This document shows positions 1-9,558 of a DNA stretch of 38,110 bases, in pieces. The stretch is taken from NCBI GenBank assembly GCA_040217695.1, contig JBEHWO010000021.1, positions 1 through 38,110 on the forward strand, given 5' to 3'. A program made the position numbers and the translations under genes. The first letter of the stretch is position 1; every line of letters begins with the position of its first letter. Source of the DNA: Vulcanimicrobiota bacterium (GTDB lineage Bacteria; Vulcanimicrobiota; SpSt-956; JAKJGF01). The notes beneath the pieces are model-generated. The model did not search any database and was not told the DNA's origin. It worked only from the letters and a program-made list of their open reading frames with translations.

Positions 1-240
1 CATTCTCACGTTATACTCAAGAACCTTTGACTGATCTTTTCTGGAATTTCTGGCCTCACTCCAGGATGCACTGTGAATAACTGCATCAAAACTGTGTTTC
101 TTTAGATATTTAGCCAATTCTTCTTCTTTAAGCAAATCAAGTTCTCTACTTGACGGGCTGTACAACAGATATTTTTCTTTTAGCTGTTCCTGTAAATTTC
201 TGCCTATAAAGCCGGTAACACCTGTAAGTAAAATTTTCAT
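1..240 (-). CDS. NAD-dependent epimerase/dehydratase (extended SDR) family protein, N-terminal fragment running off the window edge
   Basis: The reverse complement of 181-240 reads ATG AAA ATT TTA CTT ACA GGT GTT ACC GGC TTT ATA GGC = MKILLTGVTGFIGRNLQEQL. This is the GxxGxxG Rossmann N-terminus typical of NDP-sugar epimerases/reductases. A GAGGTG RBS lies about 10 nt upstream. The HAD gene stop (TAG, 255-257) is 15 nt upstream, so this gene continues the minus-strand operon. It is truncated at the window edge and therefore absent from the ORF track. Confidence 0.55.
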   Translation of the reverse strand, partial: MKILLTGVTGFIGRNLQEQLKEKYLLYSPSSRELDLLKEEELAKYLKKHSFDAVIHSASWSEARNSRKDQSKVLEYNVRM

Positions 241-254
241 AGTTTTACACACCT

Positions 255-833
255 CTAAAATGTCGATAACACATGAAGAATATCTTTTAAATTTTTTTTC
301 TCACTGTTCCACGGTTGCGGAATTAAGAGGGGTTTTACACCTGCCTCGCCGGCAGATTTTATATTTTCTTCACTGTCATCTATGAATATATCTACATTGC
401 CAATGTTCTTGAGAAAATCTCCTTTATTCTTATCATAGACAGGTAAATCTTCTCCTTCCCTTTTTGAAGGTACAAAGTGAAATGTCCTTATCCATTTGCC
501 GAAATGTGTAAAAAGCCATGATGAAGATATATGGCTTGCTTTTATCGGAACGGCAGTAAGAGCTATATGCCTGTATTCATGACCGTATGTTAAAAACCAT
601 TCCATTATGTCAGGAACAGGGGATATTAAATCCTTATATTTATTTAATCTGAAACTGTCAAGGCTTTCCAGATATTCTGTAAGAGATATGCCCAGCACCC
701 TGTGGGGAGGATTTTCTGTTAAATCTTCATATGTAACAGTACATTTATTATGTTCCGGAAGCCATTCTTCATTGAACCATATTCTCATAAGGTCATTCAT
801 TACGTCATCTATATCCCAGGCTATTGTTTTCAT
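255..833 (-). CDS. HAD-superfamily hydrolase (NT5C-like 5'-nucleotidase / sugar-phosphatase fold)
   Basis: The track ORF is 255..914. The start is more likely the internal Met (MKTIAWDIDDVMNDL), whose ATG at 831-833 overlaps the TGA stop (830-832) of the upstream TPP-enzyme gene as ATGA. This places HAD motif I (DxDxV, here WDIDDVM) at the extreme N-terminus as expected. A C-terminal FIDDSEEN motif resembles HAD motif IV. Confidence 0.5.
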   Translation of the reverse strand: MKTIAWDIDDVMNDLMRIWFNEEWLPEHNKCTVTYEDLTENPPHRVLGISLTEYLESLDSFRLNKYKDLISPVPDIMEWFLTYGHEYRHIALTAVPIKASHISSSWLFTHFGKWIRTFHFVPSKREGEDLPVYDKNKGDFLKNIGNVDIFIDDSEENIKSAGEAGVKPLLIPQPWNSEKKNLKDILHVLSTF

Positions 834-2647
834 ATAAGTTCCGAATTCTTGCTTTCTTCCAGCGGCGGAATAATCATATGTTTGAAAAATTCTTCTCTCG
901 GCAGAAAAGGCCATAAATCTTCCATAGGTAAAGTAACCATTGAACCGTCCGGTTTTACATGGGATTTTACCCGCGGCATAGTAGGCTGAAGAGGGGAGAC
1001 CATGACTTCACATATACATGGGCCTTCTGTCTCAATTACTTTTTTTACTTTTTTTTCTATATGGCTGTGATTTTCGATTTTTTCATTTTTTATAGAATAC
1101 GCTTCTGCTACTCTGAGTATATCGGGTAAGGTAAGGTTACTGCCTTTCTCGCTCCCTGTATACCGTCCGTCGAAATAGTTTCTCTGTGTTGCCATTATGG
1201 AACTGTACCCTCCGTTATTTATAATAAAAAACTTGATTGGGAGGTTTAATCTTCTGATGGTTTCCAGTTCCTGTATATTCAATTGAAACCCGCCGTCTCC
1301 GTTAATGCAGATAGTTCTTTTCCCTCCTGCAATACATGCTCCTATAGCGGCGGGCAATCCGAAACCCATAGCACCAAGTCCGGGATTAAATATAATTCTC
1401 TGACCTTTTTTTACACGAAAGGATTGCATGAATATTTCGACACCTGAACCGGAACTGCCGGGAATAATTATGTCTTCTGTCCTCAATAAGTCAGAGAGAA
1501 CATCCATAAGAACATAGAGGTTTACATGTTCTTTCTCTTCTCTGTACTCAGGCAGTATAACAGGATAATCTTTGTTCCATGCCCTGCATGTATTAAGCCA
1601 TGACATGTCCCTTCCCTTTACCAGATGGATATTATTCAGAAATTCTCTGATAAAATCCCCTCCGTCTGCTACCAGGGGAAGAGCAACTGGTATCTGTAAT
1701 TTGTTTATTTCTTTTTCATCAATATCAACTATAATTTTTTTTGAACTTCTTGCGAAATGTCTGTGATTATAAGCAGTCTGTCCGAAATCCAGCCTTGCCC
1801 CTATGGATAAAAAGAAATCGGCATTCTGCTGTATAAAATTTGCCCCTCTCTGTCCTATGGCTCCCGGTCTCCCTGCAAACAGAGGATGGTCGTTATCTAA
1901 AAGATCTATAATCTTCCATGTCGTTAAAACAGGAATTTTTAATATATCTATAAGTCTGAGAAATTCTTCTTCTGCTTTTGCCAGTCTTATGCCGTTACCT
2001 GCCAGAATGACAGGTCTTTCCGAATTGTTTAAAAGTTCTATTATTTTTATAATCTTTTCTTTTAAATGATTTTTCTTTTTTTCATCTTTTTCCGTAGGTA
2101 TAAAGGTTTTTAATGTATGTTCATCTACTATGGACGCCTGCACATCAAGTGGTATATCAAGCCATACAGGTCCAGGCCTTCCTGTTTTTGCAATATAAAG
2201 AGCTTTTTCAAGATGATATCTGATTTCTGTCGATTCAGTAACAGTTACGGCATATTTTGTAATAGATTTTACCATAGAGATTATATCGACTTCCTGAACG
2301 CCCATCTGTCTTACAGAGTATTTTGCCAGAAGATCAGATGTTTTGACCTGTCCCGATATAATCAGAAGAGGAGTTGAGTCGATCCATGCTCCTGCCACTC
2401 CCGTAATTGCATTTGTCCCTCCCGGCCCTGTGGTAACAAGAGCCACACCGGCATTATTGGTATACTGTCCATATGCATCTGCGGCTATTGCACAGGCCTG
2501 TTCATGAAGATTACATACATATTCAATTTTTTTACACTTTCCGACAGAATCAACAAGGTGCATACATCCCCCGCCTGATAGCATAAATATATGTTTTACA
2601 CCTGAAGCTGCTATAAAATTTATTATATAATCTGATAATTTAATCAT
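830..2647 (-). CDS. Thiamine-diphosphate-dependent enzyme, acetolactate-synthase-large-subunit-like (YerE-like candidate sugar-branching enzyme)
   Basis: 605 aa. The N-terminal ThDP Pyr domain is present (HIFMLSGGGCMHL...TTGPGGTNAITGVAGAW). The C-terminal ThDP-binding motif GDG-x24-NN is present (INGDGGFQLNIQELETIRRLNLPIKFFIINNGGY). An AAGGAGA RBS lies 10 nt upstream of ATG 2647. Its location in a CDP-3,6-dideoxyhexose cluster parallels YerE of yersiniose biosynthesis. The family assignment is from motif memory, not a search. Confidence 0.75.
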   Translation of the reverse strand: MIKLSDYIINFIAASGVKHIFMLSGGGCMHLVDSVGKCKKIEYVCNLHEQACAIAADAYGQYTNNAGVALVTTGPGGTNAITGVAGAWIDSTPLLIISGQVKTSDLLAKYSVRQMGVQEVDIISMVKSITKYAVTVTESTEIRYHLEKALYIAKTGRPGPVWLDIPLDVQASIVDEHTLKTFIPTEKDEKKKNHLKEKIIKIIELLNNSERPVILAGNGIRLAKAEEEFLRLIDILKIPVLTTWKIIDLLDNDHPLFAGRPGAIGQRGANFIQQNADFFLSIGARLDFGQTAYNHRHFARSSKKIIVDIDEKEINKLQIPVALPLVADGGDFIREFLNNIHLVKGRDMSWLNTCRAWNKDYPVILPEYREEKEHVNLYVLMDVLSDLLRTEDIIIPGSSGSGVEIFMQSFRVKKGQRIIFNPGLGAMGFGLPAAIGACIAGGKRTICINGDGGFQLNIQELETIRRLNLPIKFFIINNGGYSSIMATQRNYFDGRYTGSEKGSNLTLPDILRVAEAYSIKNEKIENHSHIEKKVKKVIETEGPCICEVMVSPLQPTMPRVKSHVKPDGSMVTLPMEDLWPFLPREEFFKHMIIPPLEESKNSELI

Positions 2648-2706
2648 CTGTAAAATGTCTCCTTACTGGTAACGGGTAATTGCCCACTGTTTTGAATTGC
2701 TTACCT

Positions 2707-4227
2707 CTACAAAATTTCCTTTGTCAGATAAACTTCTGTTTTTCTTTCTCTGTTTTCCATAATAGTCTGATCATCATAAAAGGAATCATTTTTGTAGTGA
2801 GTGGTTGATATTTCTTCAAAAACAGCCCCGTTAACAGTGCTGAAACTGTGGGACATATTCCTTTCCACAAGGATCATATCACCTCTGCCATAGGTTTTTA
2901 CGGAACCTCCAAGGTCTAGATTGAGGTCTCCGTATATTACATTAAAAGTTTCTTCTTTTAATTTATGACTATGAGACGGGTGTTTCTGGCCGGGAAGCAA
3001 TACAATAATTTTCTTGCAGTATTCTCTGTTTATACAATCAATAATAGTTGCGCCGAATTCTTTAAAGGTGTCTATACCATAGTGATGTGATAATTCACAT
3101 TTTGTATTGAAAGGAATTACTGTATTACTTTTCTTAAGAAGTTCTATGACTTTAGTTACATAGCCCTGTACCATCACTCTGATATCCTTTAATATTATAT
3201 TATCTTCCATGACAGGGCCATAAGTGTCTATATCTGCAGTGGCATAATAATACCTGTATTTGGACACGTCATTTGCCTGCAGTTGACCGACTCTGCATGG
3301 GATTGCATAAAAACTGTTGTTTCTATCCAGAATTTCTCCTTTTTTAACAGGCTTACTGACAAATATCCCTCTTCTCAGGGATTTTAAATCACCGATTTCT
3401 TTTTCTGTAAATTTATATCTTTCATTTTTAATACCACACATATCGAAAGCTTCTTTTGCAGATTTTAACCAGTTATAAACCTGCTGCGGATTTGCCGAAT
3501 AGGCATTCAGTTTAATATCTTCCGTTTCCACACCTATGTGTTTTTCAAATATTACTGCTCCCTTGGCAACAGCCAGTTTTATGGAAGTGTAGTTTCCCGG
3601 GTCTTCATGAGTTGAATAACCTATAGTTAAATCTTTATATCTATTTTTAAAAAGATCAATTTGATTTAACTGTAGATTTTCCGGCTTTGTCGGATATTCA
3701 GCAACACAGTGCATAATGGATAGATCTGCTTTTCTGTTCAGGAAAAAACTCACTACATTATCTATATCTTTTAATTCTATGCCTGCAGTGGAAGCTATAA
3801 CAGGTTTCTTCGCTTTTACAATTCTTTCCAGCAGAGGCCAGTCTGTAAAGGAACAACTCCCTATTTTGATTATATCATAATTGTGTTTTTCTATTAAATT
3901 TACAGATTCTTCATCAAAAGGCGTACATATTGCCTGAAAATGCAGTTTCTCCAGTTCGTCTCTTAATATTTTAAAATCTTCTTCTTTCAGCCGTGTCTGG
4001 GAAAATCTTTTTACATATTTAAATTCATTACTGTCTTTAAAATCAGGATGGATAAAAGTATCCAGATGTCTGTACTGAAGTTTAAAGGCAAAGTCAAAAT
4101 CAAAATTTTCAGATACTTTCTTTATTTCTCTTATAATGTTCAGGCCATGTTCCACACTGCCCTGATGATTATTTGCCATTTCAAAAATAAAAAGCGGTTT
4201 TCTTTCTCTCATAAAATGAAACCTCAT
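2707..4227 (-). CDS. NeuB/SpsE-family PEP-dependent sugar synthase (N-acetylneuraminate-synthase-like) fused to a C-terminal cupin domain
   Basis: 506 aa. The N-terminus LFIFEMANNHQGS matches the NeuB TIM-barrel start. A SAF-like segment (RRGIFVSKPVKKGEIL) lies near residue 300. About 180 extra C-terminal residues carry cupin motif 1, G-x5-HxH-x3-E-x6-G (GQKHPSHSHKLKEETFNVIYG), and a second conserved cupin segment (GDMILVERNMSHSF). Confidence 0.6.
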   Translation of the reverse strand: MRFHFMRERKPLFIFEMANNHQGSVEHGLNIIREIKKVSENFDFDFAFKLQYRHLDTFIHPDFKDSNEFKYVKRFSQTRLKEEDFKILRDELEKLHFQAICTPFDEESVNLIEKHNYDIIKIGSCSFTDWPLLERIVKAKKPVIASTAGIELKDIDNVVSFFLNRKADLSIMHCVAEYPTKPENLQLNQIDLFKNRYKDLTIGYSTHEDPGNYTSIKLAVAKGAVIFEKHIGVETEDIKLNAYSANPQQVYNWLKSAKEAFDMCGIKNERYKFTEKEIGDLKSLRRGIFVSKPVKKGEILDRNNSFYAIPCRVGQLQANDVSKYRYYYATADIDTYGPVMEDNIILKDIRVMVQGYVTKVIELLKKSNTVIPFNTKCELSHHYGIDTFKEFGATIIDCINREYCKKIIVLLPGQKHPSHSHKLKEETFNVIYGDLNLDLGGSVKTYGRGDMILVERNMSHSFSTVNGAVFEEISTTHYKNDSFYDDQTIMENRERKTEVYLTKEIL

Positions 4228-4238
4228 TTCATTTAAAT

Positions 4239-5177
4239 TTAATCAAAATTTATTCTTTCTTTTTCGATAACAAGGGGTCTTTTGCAAACCTGAGTATAAA
4301 TAGCTCCCACATATTCACCTATTATTCCGATAAAAAACAGTTGAACTGAAGTGAAGAAAAACATGCCTATAAGAAGAGGAGCAAATCCGATAGGATAGTT
4401 TGGCCACATAACAAGTTTAAGTATAAAATAAATAATAGAAAGAAATAAGCTCAGCAGTGCCATAGGAAAACTTATTAATGTAGCTATTCTGAGAGGAACT
4501 TTGGAATTGCTTGTAATGCCCAGCATGGCTGTATCATATAAAGCATAAAAATTATTTTTTGTTGCTCCTTTTTTACGCTGTTGTTGAATATATCCTATTT
4601 CCTTTATACTATAACCTATTTCACATATAAGACCTCTGAAATATGGATAGGGATCATCAATTGTTCTGAGAACATCAATAATTTTTCTGTCATACAAACC
4701 AAAGCCGGTGAAATTTTTAATTAATTCTGTATCTGATAAACTTGTAACAATATTATAATATAATCTCCTTGTGGCAAACATTATTTTCGATTCTTTACTG
4801 TTTGTCTTTACACCTATAACAATTTTATAACCCTTTTCCCATTCTGCTATGAATTCTTTTATTAATTCCGGCGGTTCCTGAAAATCACATGGTATGGCAA
4901 TTACAGCATCTCCTTTTGTCTGTAAATATGCATGAAATGGTGAACGCATATGGCCGAAATTTCTGGTGTTTACAATAATTTTTACATGTTTGTCGTTTTC
5001 TGCAACTTTTTTCAGCCGTGCAACAGTATTATCCTTTGATGCATTGTCAATAAAGATATTTTCATAATCGTAATCTTTTACTTCGTCAAAAATCTTCTTT
5101 ATTGCAATACACATGTCTTCAACGTTTTCTTCTTCATTATAACAGGGAATAACAACTGAGATTAATTTTTTATTCAT
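4239..5177 (-). CDS. Glycosyltransferase family 2, polyprenyl-phosphate sugar transferase (DPM1/ArnC/GtrB-like)
   Basis: 312 aa. The N-terminal VVIPCYNEEENV...IDNASKDNT motif indicates a GT-A fold with a DxD-type region (PCDFQEP). Two C-terminal hydrophobic helices (LISFPMALLSLFLSIIYFILKL and LLIGMFFFTSVQLFFIGIIGEYV) are typical of ArnC/GtrB-type bactoprenol-phosphate glycosyltransferases. Confidence 0.75.
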   Translation of the reverse strand: MNKKLISVVIPCYNEEENVEDMCIAIKKIFDEVKDYDYENIFIDNASKDNTVARLKKVAENDKHVKIIVNTRNFGHMRSPFHAYLQTKGDAVIAIPCDFQEPPELIKEFIAEWEKGYKIVIGVKTNSKESKIMFATRRLYYNIVTSLSDTELIKNFTGFGLYDRKIIDVLRTIDDPYPYFRGLICEIGYSIKEIGYIQQQRKKGATKNNFYALYDTAMLGITSNSKVPLRIATLISFPMALLSLFLSIIYFILKLVMWPNYPIGFAPLLIGMFFFTSVQLFFIGIIGEYVGAIYTQVCKRPLVIEKERINFD

Positions 5178-5205
5178 AACTTACTTTTTCCTGAAAAATC
5201 CGGGA

Positions 5206-6276
5206 TTATTTGATAAAATCATCCTGTGTAAATACTTCACAGCAAGGCACAGGAACAGGTTTACCATATATCTTTTTTGCTTCATAATCATTAATAAATT
5301 CTCTATCCTCTGCAATAAGACATGTATCAATATATTTCCCAAAAAATTTAATTTTCATACCTCTTTCTATAATATCTTTTAACGGTTCCTTGAAGAAATT
5401 TCCGAGAGAAACATGTATGTATGGGCATGGCATAATATCGCCGTATTTCGTGATGGATACCATTCTTTTAACGGCTATACAGCCTAAATTGAGACCGTAT
5501 GCCGGTGTCAGATGGGTGAATACATTATATTTTTTCTCCAGTTCCTTTATATAATCCATATCATCTTTTGTAATAAGTACATCATAGTTTCCTTCCCATT
5601 CTCCAACCGGTTTGGCGTATGTTACAAATACACCTACTTCTCTTTGTCTGGCAAATTCCAGAAATTCAATAAATTCCTCCGATCTTACTCTCTGTTTTGT
5701 AACTACTGTGGCCAGTATAATGTTTAATCCTGCTTCCAAAGAAGCATCAATAGCCCTTACTGCTCTTTCATGAGAGCCCTTCTTTCGCCTGAAATCATCG
5801 TGCTCGGAAGCAGAAAGGCTGTCAAGGCTTAACTGAATCTTATCGAGTCCTATAGCTTTTAAATGTTTTGCTTTTTTTATATCCAGAAACCATACGTTTG
5901 TATCGGATGTTATATAAAATTTCTGCGGATCTATATCTTTAACTATATCATCAAAATCAGGAAATATCAGTGGTTCTCCCCCTGTAATTACAATATGGCC
6001 GAGTCCCATTTCGTCAGCCTGCCTTGAAAGTTCTTTTACATCTTCAATAGTGAAGAATCTATCTGACCTGTTAGCCTGCAATCTGGTTATGTCACAGTGT
6101 TGACAGCGAAAATTGCAGGTATAATCATATTGAAATTGAAGAATAGCTATGCTTTCTCCTCTTTTTACTTTCTCATCATATTTCATAATTTTTTCATAAA
6201 CATAGGGTTTTTCTCTTTTTACCTGGTTTCTTTTTTCATTTTCTTCCGGTTTTATCAGATCTTTTGACATAATCAT
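5206..6276 (-). CDS. Radical SAM enzyme with Cys-rich C-terminal (SPASM/twitch-like) region
   Basis: 356 aa. The canonical CxxxCxxC motif is present (CNFRCQHC), followed by a glycine-rich SAM-binding stretch (IVITGGEPL). Additional C-terminal cysteines (CIAV...MPCPYIH...PVPCCEVF) suggest an auxiliary Fe-S domain. The substrate is unknown. The gene is embedded in the sugar operon. Confidence 0.7.
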   Translation of the reverse strand: MIMSKDLIKPEENEKRNQVKREKPYVYEKIMKYDEKVKRGESIAILQFQYDYTCNFRCQHCDITRLQANRSDRFFTIEDVKELSRQADEMGLGHIVITGGEPLIFPDFDDIVKDIDPQKFYITSDTNVWFLDIKKAKHLKAIGLDKIQLSLDSLSASEHDDFRRKKGSHERAVRAIDASLEAGLNIILATVVTKQRVRSEEFIEFLEFARQREVGVFVTYAKPVGEWEGNYDVLITKDDMDYIKELEKKYNVFTHLTPAYGLNLGCIAVKRMVSITKYGDIMPCPYIHVSLGNFFKEPLKDIIERGMKIKFFGKYIDTCLIAEDREFINDYEAKKIYGKPVPVPCCEVFTQDDFIK

Positions 6277-6392
6277 GAGTCTCCTTAATAAATGGTAAGG
6301 GCATTTTTAATAATAATGATAGAAAACATTTTGCGTCATAGTAACAGGCTATGGCATGAGCGTTTTTTGCTCTTATTGCATTCTCCAGTCCT

Positions 6393-7547
6393 TTAAATTA
6401 TTTCCAGACCAGAGTCTCTCAATATTGCAATATTTATATCTCTGTGAAATTTCTGCCGTATAATTTTGGCTACTTCATCGGAATAACTGGCTGCCATAAC
6501 AATAATGGCATCTACCGGATCAGAATTAAGTAATTCCGGAGGTACTATAGGAATATGTGTGGCAGGCGTATATTTCCCCTGTTTAAATGGCGCAGAGTCA
6601 ATCACATATTTTATTTTGCCTGCCAGCTCAGTTAATGAAATAACTGCAAGTGCCTGATGTCCGGCACCCCATACGGCCACTTTATCAAAAGGGCGGATAT
6701 ATTCTTCTATATGCTCTTTAAGTTTTTTCTGATGTTTATCAAAATCTGACAGAAATGTCTTGCTCCTTTTTCTTACTGTAGCAGAAATTATGTAATCATA
6801 CCACTCTTCATTACACTGAATGACTTCAAAGCCATTCAGGCATAATGTTGTATTTAAAGTTTCCATGGTAAAATAAAATAAATGATCACATATAAATTCA
6901 GAAAAAAGTTTCTTTCTCAAAATCATATCGAAATTCGGTACCTCTACGAGCCCTGTGGCACCATCAGAGAGATTGTTATATATTCCTCTCAGGGTGGAAT
7001 TCGGCTCGGGGAGATGTTCAAGAAAATTTAATATAAAGAATGCATCAAAAGGGGCATAATCCAATCTGTAATTACTATCATCAATAAACCCTTTCGAGAC
7101 CATGAGTCCATTTTTGATACAGTATTTTACAGCTTCTTCCGAATACTCAATACCATAGGCATCTACACCGGTTTCTTTCATAAGCGAGAGATATTCTCCA
7201 TGGCCACAACCTATTTCTACAATTTTTCTTACAGAAAATTTTTTTATAAAATCCTTAAATTGTTTTCTTCGAAAGTTTTTCATTTCCTCAGAAAAAGCGG
7301 CTGCTCTTATAACTTCTTTATAATAAGGAACAGGTTCATTACTTAACTGTACAAGCCCGCAACCTGAACACTGGTAGACTTCCATATCGATTCCTTTATC
7401 GTGTGCAAGTGATGATTCATCAGGCAAAAATTGAGCGGCTCCGGGCATATTTCTGTATTGCAGCAACGGTTCTTCGAAGAATATACGGTTACATATTCTG
7501 CATTTTTTTACTGACATAAAATAACACTTTCTATGAAAGGTAATCAA
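6393..7547 (-). CDS. NDP-hexose C-methyltransferase (TylC3/NovU-like) with N-terminal zinc ribbon
   Basis: 384 aa. An N-terminal 4-Cys zinc ribbon is present (CRICNR...CSGCGLVQ). A class I SAM-binding motif is present (VEIGCGHGEY). The C-terminal domain resembles the C-methyltransferase C-terminal domain of sugar 3-C-methyltransferases. The assignment is from family architecture recalled from memory. Confidence 0.65.
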   Translation of the reverse strand: MITFHRKCYFMSVKKCRICNRIFFEEPLLQYRNMPGAAQFLPDESSLAHDKGIDMEVYQCSGCGLVQLSNEPVPYYKEVIRAAAFSEEMKNFRRKQFKDFIKKFSVRKIVEIGCGHGEYLSLMKETGVDAYGIEYSEEAVKYCIKNGLMVSKGFIDDSNYRLDYAPFDAFFILNFLEHLPEPNSTLRGIYNNLSDGATGLVEVPNFDMILRKKLFSEFICDHLFYFTMETLNTTLCLNGFEVIQCNEEWYDYIISATVRKRSKTFLSDFDKHQKKLKEHIEEYIRPFDKVAVWGAGHQALAVISLTELAGKIKYVIDSAPFKQGKYTPATHIPIVPPELLNSDPVDAIIVMAASYSDEVAKIIRQKFHRDINIAILRDSGLEII

Positions 7548-7583
7548 TCAAATTATAATTTAAAATGTCGGTAAAGTCAAATT

Positions 7584-8078
7584 TTATATATAATTTCTAT
7601 ATATTTCGTGGACTTTTATCAGATTTTCAGGACATCTGTCATGCCACATGAGATATCCCTGATCTTTGTTTGATAAACCGGTATTTTGAGGAATGTAATT
7701 ACAGGAAATATTACATTTATATAATATCGATATAAAATGTCCTCTCGTGGTCAGGTTTTTATCTATAATCTGGTTTATTGCAAGTGGTACCGGGTCGAAG
7801 TCAACTGAAGCACCGATTTCTGTTTCTGAAACCTTTATTATTCTTTTTTCCAGAGTCTCCCTGTATCGTACAATACCTCCCGGAACATGCCAGCCTTCAC
7901 CTGCAAATCGATCATTCCTCCAGGCCAGAAGGGTTCGTCCCTTTTCGTCTTTTATCAGCAGATCTACGTTTATCATAGGAGTAACACGGCTGATGAAAAA
8001 AAACACTTCTTCAGGAAGTCCATATGAAGGGTTTGTTATATGGCTGTCCAGTATTTCTATTGCTTTATGTATATTCAT
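7584..8078 (-). CDS. NUDIX hydrolase (GDP-mannose mannosyl hydrolase / WcaH-like size and context)
   Basis: 164 aa. A Nudix-box-like stretch is present (GGIVRYRETLEKRIIKVSETEIG), roughly matching Gx5Ex7REUxEExGU. The ATG at 8076-8078 overlaps the upstream gene's TGA stop (8075-8077) as ATGA, indicating translational coupling. Confidence 0.55.
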   Translation of the reverse strand: MNIHKAIEILDSHITNPSYGLPEEVFFFISRVTPMINVDLLIKDEKGRTLLAWRNDRFAGEGWHVPGGIVRYRETLEKRIIKVSETEIGASVDFDPVPLAINQIIDKNLTTRGHFISILYKCNISCNYIPQNTGLSNKDQGYLMWHDRCPENLIKVHEIYRNYI

Positions 8079-9535
8079 TTCTTTTTATTCACAAAAATTT
8101 TGCATGTTGAAATTATAAATTCAATCATTTCTTCATTCATTCCGGGATAAACTCCCAACCAGAACGTATCATTCATTATCTTATCAGTGATGGTCAGTTC
8201 TCCGGGGACTCTGTATTCATCTTTTTTCATTTCATCAAAACATGGATGTTTTGTCAGATTGCCAGAAAAGAGCATTCTTGTCTGTATGTTGTTTTTTTCC
8301 AGATATGTCACTATTTCATCTCTTGTAAAAGCTGCATTTTCTCTTACTGTCAGTAAAAATCCGAACCAGCTCGGATCGGATTTTTCTGTAGCTTCCGGCA
8401 ATATAAATTTATCAGATAAATCGTTCAGACCTTCTCTCAATAATTTCCAGTTTTTCTTTCTTGCATGAATAAAATCAGGCAGTTTTTTCAGTTGGGCACA
8501 TCCTATGGATGCCTGAAGATCTGTTATTTTCAGATTATAACCGAAATGAGAGAAAACATATTTATGATCATATCCGAAGGGTAGTTTCCCGAATTGCTGG
8601 CTGAAGCGGTTTTTGCAGGTATTGTCATGGCCTGACATGCACCAGCAGTCTCTGCCCCAGTCACGAAAAGATTCTACTAGTCTTTTTAATTGTGTGTCCT
8701 GTGTATATACTGCTCCTCCTTCTCCCATGGTCATATGATGGGGAGGGTAGAAGCTTGATGTTCCCAGATGCCCTATTGTACCTGTATATTTCCATTCCCT
8801 GTTATATAAATATTTTGAACCAAGTGAATCACAGTTATCTTCTATAAGCCATAGATTGTTTCTGTCACAGAAATCTTTTACTCTCTGTAAATCAAAGGGA
8901 TTGCCCATAGTATGGGCAAGAAATACAGCTTTTGTTTTTTCAGAGAGTGCTTTTTCCAGTTTACTTACATCTATATTGTAAGAGGGGAGACTTATGTCTG
9001 CAAAAACAGGTATTGCTCCGTACTGTATTATCGGTGTTACGGTAGTAGGGAATCCTGCTGCCACTGTTATTACTTCGTCACCTTTTTTTATTCTTCTCGT
9101 GCCAAGCTCTTTTGATGTAAGAGCCATAAAGGCAAGCAGGTTTGCCGATGAACCTGAATTGGTTAGAGAACAGTGTTTTACTCCCATAAATTCGGCAAAT
9201 TCATGTTCGAATTTTTCTGCATATCTTCCTGTAGTAAGCCAGAAATCCAGAGATGAATCTATGAGGTTTATAATTTCTTTTTCGTCAAAAATTCTGCCTC
9301 CGTAAGAAATCCTGTCTCCCGGCTTAAAGGGTTCGTTTTTTTTATGTTTTACTTCATAGTGTTTCACTGCTGCTTCTACTGCCAGTTCTCTTAAGATTTT
9401 CTCCCGGCCGTCTTTTGACTCCTGTTCAATACAGGGAAGAATAATGACTTCGACTTTATTTCCCATTTCAGGAGGTATGTTAATATTTATACAGCCGTCC
9501 TGAGGTACTTCTCTTACAAGTTTTAAAGCATGCAT
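8075..9535 (-). CDS. ddhC: CDP-6-deoxy-D-xylo-4-hexulose 3-dehydrase (E1; RfbH/DdhC/AscC), PMP- and [2Fe-2S]-dependent
   Basis: 486 aa, DegT/DnrJ/EryC1 fold. The E1-specific signatures are present. The LDFWLTTGRY motif is present. The PLP-lysine is replaced by His-His (SFYPPHHMTMGEGG). The iron-sulfur cysteine cluster is present (RDWGRDCWCMSGHDNTCKNRF). The C-terminal EATEKSDPSWFGF motif is present. An AAAGGA RBS lies about 9 nt upstream of ATG 9535. The 486-aa length exceeds the roughly 437-aa RfbH I recall for Salmonella by about 45 N-terminal residues. A start at Met24 (9466) would give 463 aa but lacks the RBS that supports 9535. Confidence 0.85.
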   Translation of the reverse strand: MHALKLVREVPQDGCININIPPEMGNKVEVIILPCIEQESKDGREKILRELAVEAAVKHYEVKHKKNEPFKPGDRISYGGRIFDEKEIINLIDSSLDFWLTTGRYAEKFEHEFAEFMGVKHCSLTNSGSSANLLAFMALTSKELGTRRIKKGDEVITVAAGFPTTVTPIIQYGAIPVFADISLPSYNIDVSKLEKALSEKTKAVFLAHTMGNPFDLQRVKDFCDRNNLWLIEDNCDSLGSKYLYNREWKYTGTIGHLGTSSFYPPHHMTMGEGGAVYTQDTQLKRLVESFRDWGRDCWCMSGHDNTCKNRFSQQFGKLPFGYDHKYVFSHFGYNLKITDLQASIGCAQLKKLPDFIHARKKNWKLLREGLNDLSDKFILPEATEKSDPSWFGFLLTVRENAAFTRDEIVTYLEKNNIQTRMLFSGNLTKHPCFDEMKKDEYRVPGELTITDKIMNDTFWLGVYPGMNEEMIEFIISTCKIFVNKKK

Positions 9536-9558
9536 ATTATACTATTCCTTTCTTCAAT

